This document shows, piece by piece, positions 21,103 to 30,044 of a DNA stretch of 32,000 nucleotides. The first letter of the stretch is position 1. Each line of letters starts with the position of its first letter. The position numbers were made by a program, and so were the translations under genes. Source of the stretch: Bacillus subtilis subsp. subtilis str. 168 (lineage in GTDB: Bacteria > Bacillota > Bacilli > Bacillales > Bacillaceae). The DNA lies in NCBI RefSeq assembly GCF_000009045.1, contig NC_000964.3, positions 4,140,001-4,172,000 of the forward strand, in the 5' to 3' direction. The notes under the pieces are model-generated. The model searched no databases and had not been told where the DNA came from. It saw only the letters and a program-made list of their open reading frames with translations.

Positions 21103-23160
21103 ATGAAAACCAAACGATTCGACGCAGCCCTTATTCTTATTTTGCTAGCAGCAGCTTTTTTGAATACGTATCACATTTGGCAGGATGATACAGCAAACCA
21201 GTACTATTTGGCGGCTGTAAAAAGCATGACGCAAAGCTTCCATAACTTTTTTTATGCGTCATTTGACCCTTCTGGATTTGTGACAGTAGATAAGCCTCCT
21301 GTCGTGTTATGGATTCAAACGATTTTCGCACTGATTTTCGGTGTTCACACGTGGAGTGTCATCATTCCCCAGGCTCTTGCCGGAGTTGGATCTGTCTTCC
21401 TTCTCTACAGAATGGTTAAGCCGACTTTTGGAGTTGGAGCGGCCCGCATTGCCGCACTTGTCATGGCACTGACCCCTATCGCAGTAGCTGTCAGCCGGAC
21501 AAACAATATCGACAGCATGCTTGTTTTTACCTTATTGCTCGGTTCAACTTGTCTGCTTAGGGCAGTAAAACAAGGCAAGCTGGTTTGGCTGCTGACGGCA
21601 TTTGCCCTGATTGGGCTCGCCTTTAATATGAAGATGATGCAAGCGTTTATGGTATTGCCTGCATTTGTGTTATTCTACCTGATTGCATCTCGGGTTTCTC
21701 TGAAGAAAAAAATCGGGTCCCTGCTTCTGTCTCTTGTCCTTCTGACAGGCCTTTCACTCTCATGGGCGATTGCAGTGGATTCAGCCTCTTCCTCAAGCCG
21801 GCCTTATGTAGGAAGCAGCCAGACTAACTCAGTGCTAGAACTGGCCTTTGGCTACAACGGCACAGAGCGTCTGTTTGGGCAAACTACGGGCCTTGCAAAG
21901 GGTGATATGAATGCTGCTGGCGGAGGGAACATGCAGAATCAAGACAACATGCAAGCGCCAAATGGCAACGGTTCATCTTTTTCTCAGAACGGTAATCAAT
22001 CATTCGGAAACCATTCACAGGCGCCTCAGCCGCCTAACGGACAAACCGGCGCTCTCAATGGAGGCGGAGGCACACCTCCCACAGGTGGCAACGGACCTGG
22101 AAATGGAGGGCCTGGCGGCGGAGGCGGAAAAAGCGTGAATATGTTCGGCACCGGTGATCCTGGACCGCTTCGTCTCTTCCAATCAGCACTTTCCGGCCAA
22201 ATCAGCTGGATGCTTCCATTCTCATTGATCGGATTACTGGGCGCAATCATCAGCTGGTACCGTGATCGCCGCGGACATGCTGCTAAAATGAAAGAAACGC
22301 TATTCTGGGCGGCTTGGCTTGTTCCCGTGGCTGGTTTCTTCAGCATCGCAGGATTCTTCCACCAGTATTATTTGATTATGCTGGCACCGCCGATTGCCGC
22401 CCTTTCTGGTATCGGATGGTATACGATGCACCGCTTATACAAAAATAATAAAGACTGGTCCAGCTATCTTCTGCCGGCAGCCGTCTTGATCACAGCCGTG
22501 TTTCAGGTGTATATTCTGAGCGCTTATACAAGCCAAATCGGCAGTGTATGGATGTATGTCCTGGGGCTCTTAGGACTGGGCATCACCCTTGCACTTCTGA
22601 TGCTTAAACGCAGCCATCCGTTCAGTAAGCTGCTGACCATCATCAGCTTGTGCGTTCTGCTTCTCACACCAGTTTACTGGTCAGCAACGCCGCTTCTATA
22701 CGGTGGCAACAGCGTCCTTCCTGAATCCGGCCCGCAGCTCAAAGGCTCAGCAAACGGCGGGAACATGTTCTCTTCAGAGGTCGACAGCGGGCTCCTGTCC
22801 TATCTGAGAAAACACAATACCGGCGAAGAGTATTTATTTGCTACTTTGACAACCGTAACAGCTGCGCCATACATCATTTACGAAAATGAATCTGTTATGG
22901 CAATGGGCGGGTTTAACGGCACGGATCCCATTCTGACTGTGTCGGAACTGAAAAAACTGATCAAAGAAGGCAAAGTGAAATACTTCCTTCTGTCAGAAAA
23001 CAACTCAGGCAACAGCGAACTTGTTTCCTGGATTAAGAAAAACGGAAAAGAAATAACATCTGACGAGTACAGCGGTTCCTCCAGCAGCACAAACAGCGTG
23101 CAGGGAATGCGAAGAGGACCTGGCGGAGAAAGCCAGCAAACTCTTTATCTCGTGGAATAA
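21103..23160 (+). CDS. yycA: Membrane glycosyltransferase, PMT/ArnT-like (GT39/GT83 type), YycA
   Basis: 685 aa; N-terminal DDTANQYYLAAVKSM and FVTVDKPPVVLWIQ typical of the family; multiple TMs and a Gly/Asn-rich loop. Confidence 0.85.
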   Translation: MKTKRFDAALILILLAAAFLNTYHIWQDDTANQYYLAAVKSMTQSFHNFFYASFDPSGFVTVDKPPVVLWIQTIFALIFGVHTWSVIIPQALAGVGSVFLLYRMVKPTFGVGAARIAALVMALTPIAVAVSRTNNIDSMLVFTLLLGSTCLLRAVKQGKLVWLLTAFALIGLAFNMKMMQAFMVLPAFVLFYLIASRVSLKKKIGSLLLSLVLLTGLSLSWAIAVDSASSSSRPYVGSSQTNSVLELAFGYNGTERLFGQTTGLAKGDMNAAGGGNMQNQDNMQAPNGNGSSFSQNGNQSFGNHSQAPQPPNGQTGALNGGGGTPPTGGNGPGNGGPGGGGGKSVNMFGTGDPGPLRLFQSALSGQISWMLPFSLIGLLGAIISWYRDRRGHAAKMKETLFWAAWLVPVAGFFSIAGFFHQYYLIMLAPPIAALSGIGWYTMHRLYKNNKDWSSYLLPAAVLITAVFQVYILSAYTSQIGSVWMYVLGLLGLGITLALLMLKRSHPFSKLLTIISLCVLLLTPVYWSATPLLYGGNSVLPESGPQLKGSANGGNMFSSEVDSGLLSYLRKHNTGEEYLFATLTTVTAAPYIIYENESVMAMGGFNGTDPILTVSELKKLIKEGKVKYFLLSENNSGNSELVSWIKKNGKEITSDEYSGSSSSTNSVQGMRRGPGGESQQTLYLVE

Positions 23161-23161
23161 A

Positions 23162-23193
23162 AAAAGAGGCTTGGATGAATCCAAGCCTCTTTT
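23162..23193. terminator. Bidirectional terminator shared by yycA and rplI operon
   Basis: Perfect 14-bp inverted repeat AAAAGAGGCTTGGA-tgaa-TCCAAGCCTCTTTT. Confidence 0.88.
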
Positions 23194-23196
23194 CTA

Positions 23197-23646
23197 TTAA
23201 GCTTCTTCTTTTACATGTACCTTTAACACAGCCTGCACTTCAGGATGCAGCTTCACAGGCACGTTTGTATATCCTAATGCACGAATGCCGTCCGGCAGTT
23301 CAAGCTTCCGCTTATCTACTTTAATGTTATGGTCTTTTTGGAGCTGTTCAGTGATTTGCTTGCTTGTCACTGAACCAAATAAACGGCCGCCCTCACCTGA
23401 TTTTGCGCTAAGCTCAACAGTCAGTTTTTCTAATGTCTCTTTCAAGCTCTTAGCCTGCTCAAGCTCAGCAATGGCTTCTTTTTTCTCTTTCTGCTTTTGT
23501 CCGTTTAACGCGCTGATGTTTGACGCGTTCGCTTCAACCGCGAGGCCTTTTTTAATTAGAAAGTTATGCGCATAACCGTCTGCTACGTTTTTGACTTCGC
23601 CTTTTTTTCCTTTTCCTTTTACATCTTGTAAGAAAATAACCTTCAT
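23197..23646 (-). CDS. rplI: Ribosomal protein bL9
   Basis: 149 aa; [36 protein letters not shown]. Confidence 0.98.
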   Translation of the reverse strand: MKVIFLQDVKGKGKKGEVKNVADGYAHNFLIKKGLAVEANASNISALNGQKQKEKKEAIAELEQAKSLKETLEKLTVELSAKSGEGGRLFGSVTSKQITEQLQKDHNIKVDKRKLELPDGIRALGYTNVPVKLHPEVQAVLKVHVKEEA

Positions 23647-25622
23647 CTCTGTACGCCTCCCTCAAAATACTCATCTATGGCGTGCTTCAGCCGTTCCAGC
23701 GCTTCAGAAACTGAAATGCCGGACAACTGAGTCGCCGCATTTGTTAAATGCCCTCCGCCTTCCAGGGCCTCCATGATGATCTGAACATTTACCTCGCCAA
23801 GCGACCGAGCACTGATACAAACCGTTTGTTCATCCCGTCTCGCCACCGCAAATGAAGCCTCAACCTCACTCATCGATAGCAGCGAATCGGCAGCCTGCGC
23901 AATCAGCACTTGATCGAAGTATTCCTCTTCATTTTCAGGAAGAGAAGCAATCGCAATGTTATCTTTATAGAGGACCGTATGCTGGATCAGCTTCGCCCGT
24001 TTAATATAGGAATCAACGGTTTCTTTCAGAAACTTCTGCACCAGCACCGTGTCGGCGCCTTTTGCCCTTAAATAAGAAGCCGCATCGAAAGTCCGCGAGC
24101 CCGTGCGGAGAGAAAAGCTCTTTGTATCCACTATTATACCAGCTAATAGGGCTGTTGCTTCAATCATATTGATTTTTAAGCGCTTCGGCTGATATTCAAG
24201 CAGCTCTGTCACCAATTCCGCTGTGGAAGAAGCGTATGGTTCCATATAAACGAGCAGCGGATCTCTGATAAACTCCTCACCTCTTCGGTGATGGTCGATG
24301 ACCACGATATGTTCAATTTTATTGACCAGCCGTTCCTCCATGACGAGTGACGGCTTATGTGTATCAACGATCACAAGCAGTGTGTCATCATTGGAAATCT
24401 CCATTGCTTCTTCAGGCGTAATAAATCTTGACCACAGTTCTTCATATTTTTTGATTTCCCCAATCAAACGCTGCACACTTGATCCGATTTGGTTTGGGTC
24501 AATCACGATAAAACCATCTTTGTTATTTGCCTGAGCCACCTTTAAAATCCCGATCGCTGCGCCGATAGAATCCATGTCGGGGAATTTATGCCCCATGATA
24601 ATCACATTGCTGCTTTCGGTGACGATTTCCTTTAAGGCGTGAGAAATCACGCGGGCCCGCACCCTTGTTCGTTTCTCCATTGGGTTTGTTTTACCGCCGT
24701 AAAACTTCACCTTGCCGTTTGGCAGCTTAATGGCTACCTGGTCTCCGCCGCGTCCCAGTGCTAAGTCCAAGCTGGATTGCGCCAAATCGCCAAGTTCTTT
24801 CAGGGAAGAGACTGAAGCCCCGACACCGACGCTTAACGTCAGCGCTACACCGTCAAACGAGGTTTTTTCCCGCACTTCATCAAGAATCGAAAACTTCGAA
24901 TTTTCGAGTTCAGTTAAGATATGTTCATTAAGTACAGCAATAAAGCGTTCTGAAGACGTCCTTTTCAAGAAGATCCCGTACTCCTGCGCCCAAGCGTTCA
25001 GCAAAGATGTCACCTGGCTGTTCATCGTGCTTCTCGTCTGGTCATCCAATCCTTGTGTCACATCATCATAGTTATCAAGGAAAATATATGCCAGGACGGT
25101 TCTTTCGTTTTCATATAGCTTTTCAATCTGGATTTGTTCTGTTACATCAAAGAAATATAAGAGACGCTCATCCCGTTTGATGACAACCCTAAACTTGCGG
25201 TCATTCAATGTAACCGTTTCCGATTCCACCTCTTGTTTGATAAGCGGCACTACCGATTCACAAGTATCGTAAAGTGATCTCCCCACTAAAGTGCTTTCAT
25301 TAAAACAAGAGGAAAGAAACGGATTTGCCCATTCTATATAATATTGGTCATTAAAAAGCATGATTCCAATCGGCATTTCCATCAATGCCTCTTCACCGAC
25401 TTTTTTCAACCTGTAGGACAACGTAGAAATATAAGCATCAATCTCTTGTCGAATAAGAGAATCAGCACGCTTAATAAAAAACAAAATAACTGCCAGCAGC
25501 AGCACTTCGACGGTTCCTAATATCCAGTTAAAATAAAAGCTGATGAGGATTGTAATAATTGACAGAGCAATCAATGCATAGATGGGATACCGAAACAGCG
25601 GTTTTTCATAAAAGCTTGGCAT
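23643..25622 (-). CDS. gdpP: Cyclic di-AMP phosphodiesterase GdpP (YybT)
   Basis: 659 aa from [17 protein letters not shown]; two TMs, PAS, degenerate GGDEF, DHH/DHHA1 ([20 protein letters not shown]). ATGA overlap with rplI. Confidence 0.95.
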   Translation of the reverse strand: MPSFYEKPLFRYPIYALIALSIITILISFYFNWILGTVEVLLLAVILFFIKRADSLIRQEIDAYISTLSYRLKKVGEEALMEMPIGIMLFNDQYYIEWANPFLSSCFNESTLVGRSLYDTCESVVPLIKQEVESETVTLNDRKFRVVIKRDERLLYFFDVTEQIQIEKLYENERTVLAYIFLDNYDDVTQGLDDQTRSTMNSQVTSLLNAWAQEYGIFLKRTSSERFIAVLNEHILTELENSKFSILDEVREKTSFDGVALTLSVGVGASVSSLKELGDLAQSSLDLALGRGGDQVAIKLPNGKVKFYGGKTNPMEKRTRVRARVISHALKEIVTESSNVIIMGHKFPDMDSIGAAIGILKVAQANNKDGFIVIDPNQIGSSVQRLIGEIKKYEELWSRFITPEEAMEISNDDTLLVIVDTHKPSLVMEERLVNKIEHIVVIDHHRRGEEFIRDPLLVYMEPYASSTAELVTELLEYQPKRLKINMIEATALLAGIIVDTKSFSLRTGSRTFDAASYLRAKGADTVLVQKFLKETVDSYIKRAKLIQHTVLYKDNIAIASLPENEEEYFDQVLIAQAADSLLSMSEVEASFAVARRDEQTVCISARSLGEVNVQIIMEALEGGGHLTNAATQLSGISVSEALERLKHAIDEYFEGGVQR

Positions 25623-25658
25623 TTCTATCACTCCCCACCATGTGAGTAAAACTCATGT

Positions 25659-26588
25659 TCACTTCACCTTATTCCTTATATGAAAGCCCATATCTAAAAC
25701 GCCTAAAATGCGAATGGCCGCCATGAAGACCGGATGCACAAACCCAAGTATGACAGCAATCACAGCCGCAGCCTTTGGATATTGTTTCTTATGGCAATAG
25801 AAAAAGATAAATGATAAACCTTGGATGAAAATCAGAAACCCGAGTATAAACTCCCCATTTAAAGCGATAGAGTACAGCATTTGGCCTTTTTCTAAAGGCA
25901 AAAATGAAAGCATGACAATAATCAAATACAGTACTACAACACTTTGCGGAAACTTCAACTCTCTAAAAGGCTTTAGATTAGGAATATCGGGGGAGAATCG
26001 CCTTAAGAGCGGCTTAGCGATAAGGTAACTGAGGAAAGAAAAAATAACTCCTACCATCACAATAGCTGTTGGAAAAAGATATTGAACGATACCCAATTGT
26101 TCTTCCATCAGTTTTAATTGCTTCTCAAACTGCCCAGCATTGCCCGACTGCTTCGCTACAGTTTCTACAATATCAAGAGATTGCCGGTATTGTGTCATTG
26201 CCTCATCAATGATATTGATACCCAAAAACTGAATGCTTATCACAAAATAGAAGACAATACTAAGCATATAAATAAGAGCGCCCGAAATAATGGCGTGCCC
26301 GGGCTCTTTCCTTTTGAAAAAATGTCCCATGGCAATGCCGGCGCAAGCTGACATAAAAGCTACAATAAGCCCGTTAAAGGACCCGACAATAAAAACAACC
26401 GGAAGACTGACAGCGCCCATCCATATCCCTAGCTTCAATCCATGTCTGATCGTATACAAGATCATTGGCAGCGGCAGTGCAAATAACAGAATTGTTCCAA
26501 TCACAGGAACATAAACGACCAGAAGCGTAATGATCGCAAACAGACTGATTAAAATAGCACCTTCCATTAAAGCTCTCGTTTGTTTCAC
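25659..26588 (-). CDS. yybS: Multi-TM DUF2232 membrane protein YybS
   Basis: 309-aa, ~8 TM protein upstream of gdpP-rplI. Confidence 0.9.
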   Translation of the reverse strand: MKQTRALMEGAILISLFAIITLLVVYVPVIGTILLFALPLPMILYTIRHGLKLGIWMGAVSLPVVFIVGSFNGLIVAFMSACAGIAMGHFFKRKEPGHAIISGALIYMLSIVFYFVISIQFLGINIIDEAMTQYRQSLDIVETVAKQSGNAGQFEKQLKLMEEQLGIVQYLFPTAIVMVGVIFSFLSYLIAKPLLRRFSPDIPNLKPFRELKFPQSVVVLYLIIVMLSFLPLEKGQMLYSIALNGEFILGFLIFIQGLSFIFFYCHKKQYPKAAAVIAVILGFVHPVFMAAIRILGVLDMGFHIRNKVK

Positions 26589-26755
26589 TTAGTCACCTCG
26601 TATCATCCTGAACATACGAATAGAAAAGAGCAGCATAAACGACTGCTCTTTTGTTCATCGCTGCAACATGCTTTGCACCGAATGTTTTTATATCATCTCT
26701 AAATTTTACTTTTATATTTTAACATAAGTCCAAATCGCAAGTAAAATGACGCTAA

Positions 26756-26771
26756 TGTTTCATGTGAAACA
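26756..26771. other. parS-like ParB/Spo0J binding site
   Basis: TGTTTCATGTGAAACA, 15/16 to consensus, intergenic between yybS and cotF. Confidence 0.85.
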
Positions 26772-26814
26772 TGAAAAAGGAAAAGACATTCTTTGAAAAG
26801 AATGCCCATCACAA

Positions 26815-26964
26815 TTAATGTTTATCATCCATAAAGCCAGAAGATTCCTTGTTTTTCTTTTTCGTTTTTCTGACATACATAAAAATTAAGATCACCAGTA
26901 AAAGGGTTGTTGCTTGCAGAACGCCGCTGCTAAACAAGAAAAAGTTCTTTATCATGTCCCACAT
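26815..26964 (-). CDS. 49-aa single-TM small membrane protein
   Basis: Not in the ORF track. AAAGAGGTG-aaacaca-ATG; MWDMIKNFFLFSSGVLQATTLLLVILIFMYVRKTKKKNKESSGFMDDKH*. Confidence 0.75.
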   Translation of the reverse strand: MWDMIKNFFLFSSGVLQATTLLLVILIFMYVRKTKKKNKESSGFMDDKH

Positions 26965-27109
26965 TGTGTTTCACCTCTTTGTGCATGTTCTCAACCCGTA
27001 TCCTATATAAGGTGAATTTCCCTTTTTAAAAACTTCAAAACATCATGAACAACATTGAGCGTTGGGCATATGCTGATATGGAATCTGATCGATAAAGGAG
27101 AATTTTCAC

Positions 27110-27592
27110 ATGGATGAACGCAGAACATTGGCTTGGCATGAAACATTAGAAATGCACGAGCTGGTTGCTTTTCAATCAAACGGACTCATTAAACTGAAGA
27201 AAATGATAAGAGAAGTAAAAGACCCTCAGCTCAGACAGCTTTATAACGTGTCTATTCAGGGTGTTGAGCAAAATTTGAGAGAGCTTCTTCCGTTCTTTCC
27301 ACAGGCTCCGCACAGAGAGGATGAGGAAGAAGAACGCGCAGATAACCCATTTTACAGCGGTGACCTGCTCGGTTTTGCCAAAACATCTGTCCGCAGCTAT
27401 GCCATCGCAATTACAGAAACAGCAACACCTCAATTAAGAAACGTACTGGTCAAACAGCTGAATGCTGCCATCCAGCTGCACGCCCAAGTTTATCGATACA
27501 TGTATCAGCATGGATATTATCCGTCTTACAACCTTTCTGAACTGTTGAAAAACGATGTCAGAAACGCCAACAGAGCCATTTCAATGAAATAA
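27110..27592 (+). CDS. cotF: Spore coat protein CotF
   Basis: 160 aa; [32 protein letters not shown]. Confidence 0.95.
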
Positions 27593-27596
27593 AACA

Positions 27597-27623
27597 AGCA
27601 GCAAAGGAGTTCCCTTTGCTGCT
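27597..27623. terminator. Bidirectional hairpin between cotF and yybR
   Basis: agcagcaaagg-agtt-ccctttgctgct. Confidence 0.65.
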
Positions 27624-27999
27624 ATTTCTGCTGATCCTTCACTAAGCCGTTCGAACGATAAGATTCCAGCACGTCTCTGTTGGATTCTCCCCATTCTTTC
27701 ATTTGCAAAACAATCGGTTCAAGCGTGCGCCCAAATTCCGTCAGAGAGTACTCTACCTTGGGCGGCACCTGGTGATAAACCTCACGGTGCACGATGCCGT
27801 CCGCTTCCAGCTCCCTCAGCTGGAGAGTAAGCATTCTTTGAGTAATACTCGGGCAGATTCGCCGAAACTCATTAAATCGTTTCTTGCCATCTATCATGTG
27901 ATAAAAAAGAATTCCTTTCCACTTTCCGCCAATGACATCTAGAGTGAATTCAACTGGACAGCCTTCTTTGTTCGGGTATATATTCTTTTTTTCACTCAT
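27622..27999 (-). CDS. yybR: HxlR-family MarR-like transcriptional regulator YybR
   Basis: 125 aa; CPVEFTLDVIGGKWKGILFYHM...ITQRMLTLQLRELEADGIVHREVYHQVPPKVEYSLTEFG, hallmark HxlR motifs. Confidence 0.92.
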   Translation of the reverse strand: MSEKKNIYPNKEGCPVEFTLDVIGGKWKGILFYHMIDGKKRFNEFRRICPSITQRMLTLQLRELEADGIVHREVYHQVPPKVEYSLTEFGRTLEPIVLQMKEWGESNRDVLESYRSNGLVKDQQK

Positions 28000-28013
28000 T
28001 CTTGACCCTCCAA

Positions 28014-28033
28014 TAGTACCTTTTTTGATACTA
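28014..28033. promoter_or_regulatory. Candidate YybR operator
   Basis: TAGTACCTTTTTTGATACTA, arms TAGTA/TACTA, directly upstream of the yybR RBS. Confidence 0.5.
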
Positions 28034-28203
28034 CATTACATTTTGCAACTAATCTACCCAGTATTTTACACACCTTTTCTCCTTAGCTCAAAGAAAATGC
28101 TTCTTATTCACATCAATTTTTAAGGGTTTGCATGATTACACCTGCAGCAAGACGTGTTAAACTATATAAAGATTACACTACTTAAAAAAGGATAGGAGCT
28201 ATC

Positions 28204-29133
28204 ATGGAAAAGATACTTATTTTCGGACACCAAAACCCAGATACAGATACGATTTGTTCTGCGATTGCTTATGCTGATTTGAAAAACAAACTCGGCTTCA
28301 ATGCTGAGCCTGTCCGCCTCGGACAAGTCAACGGCGAAACACAATACGCGCTTGACTATTTCAAACAAGAAAGCCCGCGTCTTGTTGAAACAGCTGCAAA
28401 CGAAGTAAACGGCGTTATCCTGGTTGACCATAACGAACGCCAGCAAAGCATCAAAGACATTGAAGAGGTTCAGGTTTTAGAGGTTATCGACCATCACCGC
28501 ATCGCTAACTTTGAAACAGCTGAGCCGCTTTACTATCGTGCTGAGCCTGTAGGCTGTACGGCTACCATCTTAAACAAAATGTACAAAGAGAATAACGTGA
28601 AAATCGAGAAAGAAATTGCCGGCCTTATGCTGTCTGCGATCATTTCTGATTCCCTGTTATTTAAATCTCCAACTTGCACGGACCAAGACGTAGCAGCAGC
28701 AAAAGAGCTTGCGGAGATCGCTGGAGTAGATGCTGAAGAATACGGCTTGAACATGTTGAAAGCAGGCGCTGATCTAAGCAAAAAAACAGTGGAAGAGCTC
28801 ATTTCTCTTGATGCGAAAGAATTTACACTCGGCAGCAAGAAAGTCGAAATCGCACAAGTAAACACAGTGGACATTGAAGATGTAAAAAAACGCCAAGCTG
28901 AATTAGAAGCTGTGATCTCAAAAGTTGTGGCTGAGAAGAATCTTGATCTGTTCCTTCTCGTTATCACAGATATCTTAGAAAATGATTCACTTGCTCTTGC
29001 AATCGGTAACGAAGCAGCGAAAGTGGAAAAAGCGTTCAACGTTACATTAGAAAACAACACAGCCCTCTTAAAAGGCGTTGTTTCCCGTAAAAAACAAGTC
29101 GTTCCTGTCTTAACAGACGCAATGGCTGAATAA
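28204..29133 (+). CDS. ppaC: Manganese-dependent inorganic pyrophosphatase (family II)
   Basis: 309 aa; [30 protein letters not shown]. Confidence 0.97.
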
Positions 29134-29135
29134 GC

Positions 29136-29164
29136 AAAAAGCATCCCGCGTCGGGATGCTTTTT
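29136..29164. terminator. Bidirectional terminator between ppaC and yybP
   Basis: Perfect 13-bp inverted repeat AAAAAGCATCCCG-cgt-CGGGATGCTTTTT. Confidence 0.9.
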
Positions 29165-29165
29165 C

Positions 29166-29612
29166 TTATTCACCCAGCTTCTCAATTTGTCCCATCACAT
29201 CAGTAATTTGCTTTGCGTTTTGGACCAGGTCTGACTGCTCCAATTCTTTAAGCGATACCTTGCCTTCCTCGGCTTGTTTCAACACATCTTCAGCGCTTTT
29301 CTGCAAGGTTTCGTTATGCTCCTGAATGGTTCGATGAATCTCCGCTGCGGCATCAGGCGGCGTTAATTCATTAAAATCAGCGGCAGCCTTCTGAATCGAC
29401 TCAAGCTGCGCTTCAAGTTTTTCTTTCGCCTCGGTGTCATTTACAGCTTTCTCAGCCAATTCAGGCGCTTCCTCTGCAAATGTCTTCACCTTCTCCACAT
29501 AACCAGCTGCTTCACTCGTATAGTTCAATCCGTCGTTCACCTGATCAAGCATGCCGCATCCGCCTGCACTCAAAAGTCCCACTCCGGCAAGTACTGTCAA
29601 AATGATCTTCAT
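29166..29612 (-). CDS. yybP: Lipoprotein-like small protein YybP
   Basis: MKIILTVLAGVGLLSAGGCGMLDQVND...; GAGGGGG RBS before the internal ATG at 29612. The track's 29627 start is also possible (ATGA overlap with the upstream ORF). Confidence 0.88.
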   Translation of the reverse strand: MKIILTVLAGVGLLSAGGCGMLDQVNDGLNYTSEAAGYVEKVKTFAEEAPELAEKAVNDTEAKEKLEAQLESIQKAAADFNELTPPDAAAEIHRTIQEHNETLQKSAEDVLKQAEEGKVSLKELEQSDLVQNAKQITDVMGQIEKLGE

Positions 29613-29623
29613 CTTCAGCCCCC

Positions 29624-29734
29624 TCATCGTTTCTTTTTCATTTTTTCTTTTAAGATCGGAATCAATTTCTCTTTCGCTAACGGCAGCCCTTTCCTCACCA
29701 ATTCACGCTTCAGCCACTTTTTCAGCTTAGACAT
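29624..29734 (-). CDS. Candidate 36-aa cationic peptide ORF in the yybP leader transcript
   Basis: RBS gggagaggagc-atcaga-ATG; MSKLKKWLKRELVRKGLPLAKEKLIPILKEKMKKKR*. Stop overlaps the first possible yybP ATG (ATGA). Confidence 0.65.
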   Translation of the reverse strand: MSKLKKWLKRELVRKGLPLAKEKLIPILKEKMKKKR

Positions 29735-29770
29735 TCTGATGCTCCTCTCCCTTTTTGATAAAAATGAAAA

Positions 29771-29792
29771 AACTCCACCAATTTGGTGAAGT
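29771..29792 (-). terminator. Second hairpin/terminator of the yybP leader
   Basis: Minus strand aacttcaccaaattggtggagttttttt. Confidence 0.7.
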
Positions 29793-29801
29793 TCCTGAAA
29801 C

Positions 29802-29837
29802 AAAAAGACCTTCACCAAATCAGATTTGGCAAAGGTC
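29802..29837 (-). terminator. Riboswitch expression-platform terminator
   Basis: Minus strand gacctttgccaaatctgatttggtgaaggtcttttt. Confidence 0.85.
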
Positions 29838-29925
29838 TCGCTAACAATGAGATTGCCAGCAAAGCCGAGGACACCTTGTCCCGTAATGACGACTTTACTG
29901 TGAAAGCTACTCCCCTTTGGAGTGT
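29834..29925 (-). promoter_or_regulatory. yybP-ykoY family Mn2+ riboswitch aptamer (boundaries approximate)
   Basis: Minus strand actccaaaggggagtagctttcacagtaaagtcgtcattacgggacaaggtgtcctcggctttgctggcaatctcattgttagcgagac; contains AAAGGGGAGUAGC and the GCUUUGCUGGC segment; upstream of yybP. Confidence 0.93.
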
Positions 29926-30044
29926 TCATTTTTATTACTTTCATTCTAAAGCACCGATCTGTTCCAGTCAAATTCCTGCCGTTTATATAAAAGCGCGCTG
30001 TGGTATTTAAAATTTGAATGGTTTTTCTATCAGGAGATCATGCT

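Noticed and set aside
21870-22160. Possible tandem repeat or CRISPR-like array in yycA
   Set aside because: Imperfect low-complexity codons without uniform spacers; no cas genes or direct-repeat array anywhere in the window.
29735-29971. Upstream part of the 115-aa minus-strand ORF 29624..29971
   Set aside because: It reads through the Mn riboswitch aptamer and both terminators and has no plausible RBS; only the last 36 codons were kept as a candidate.
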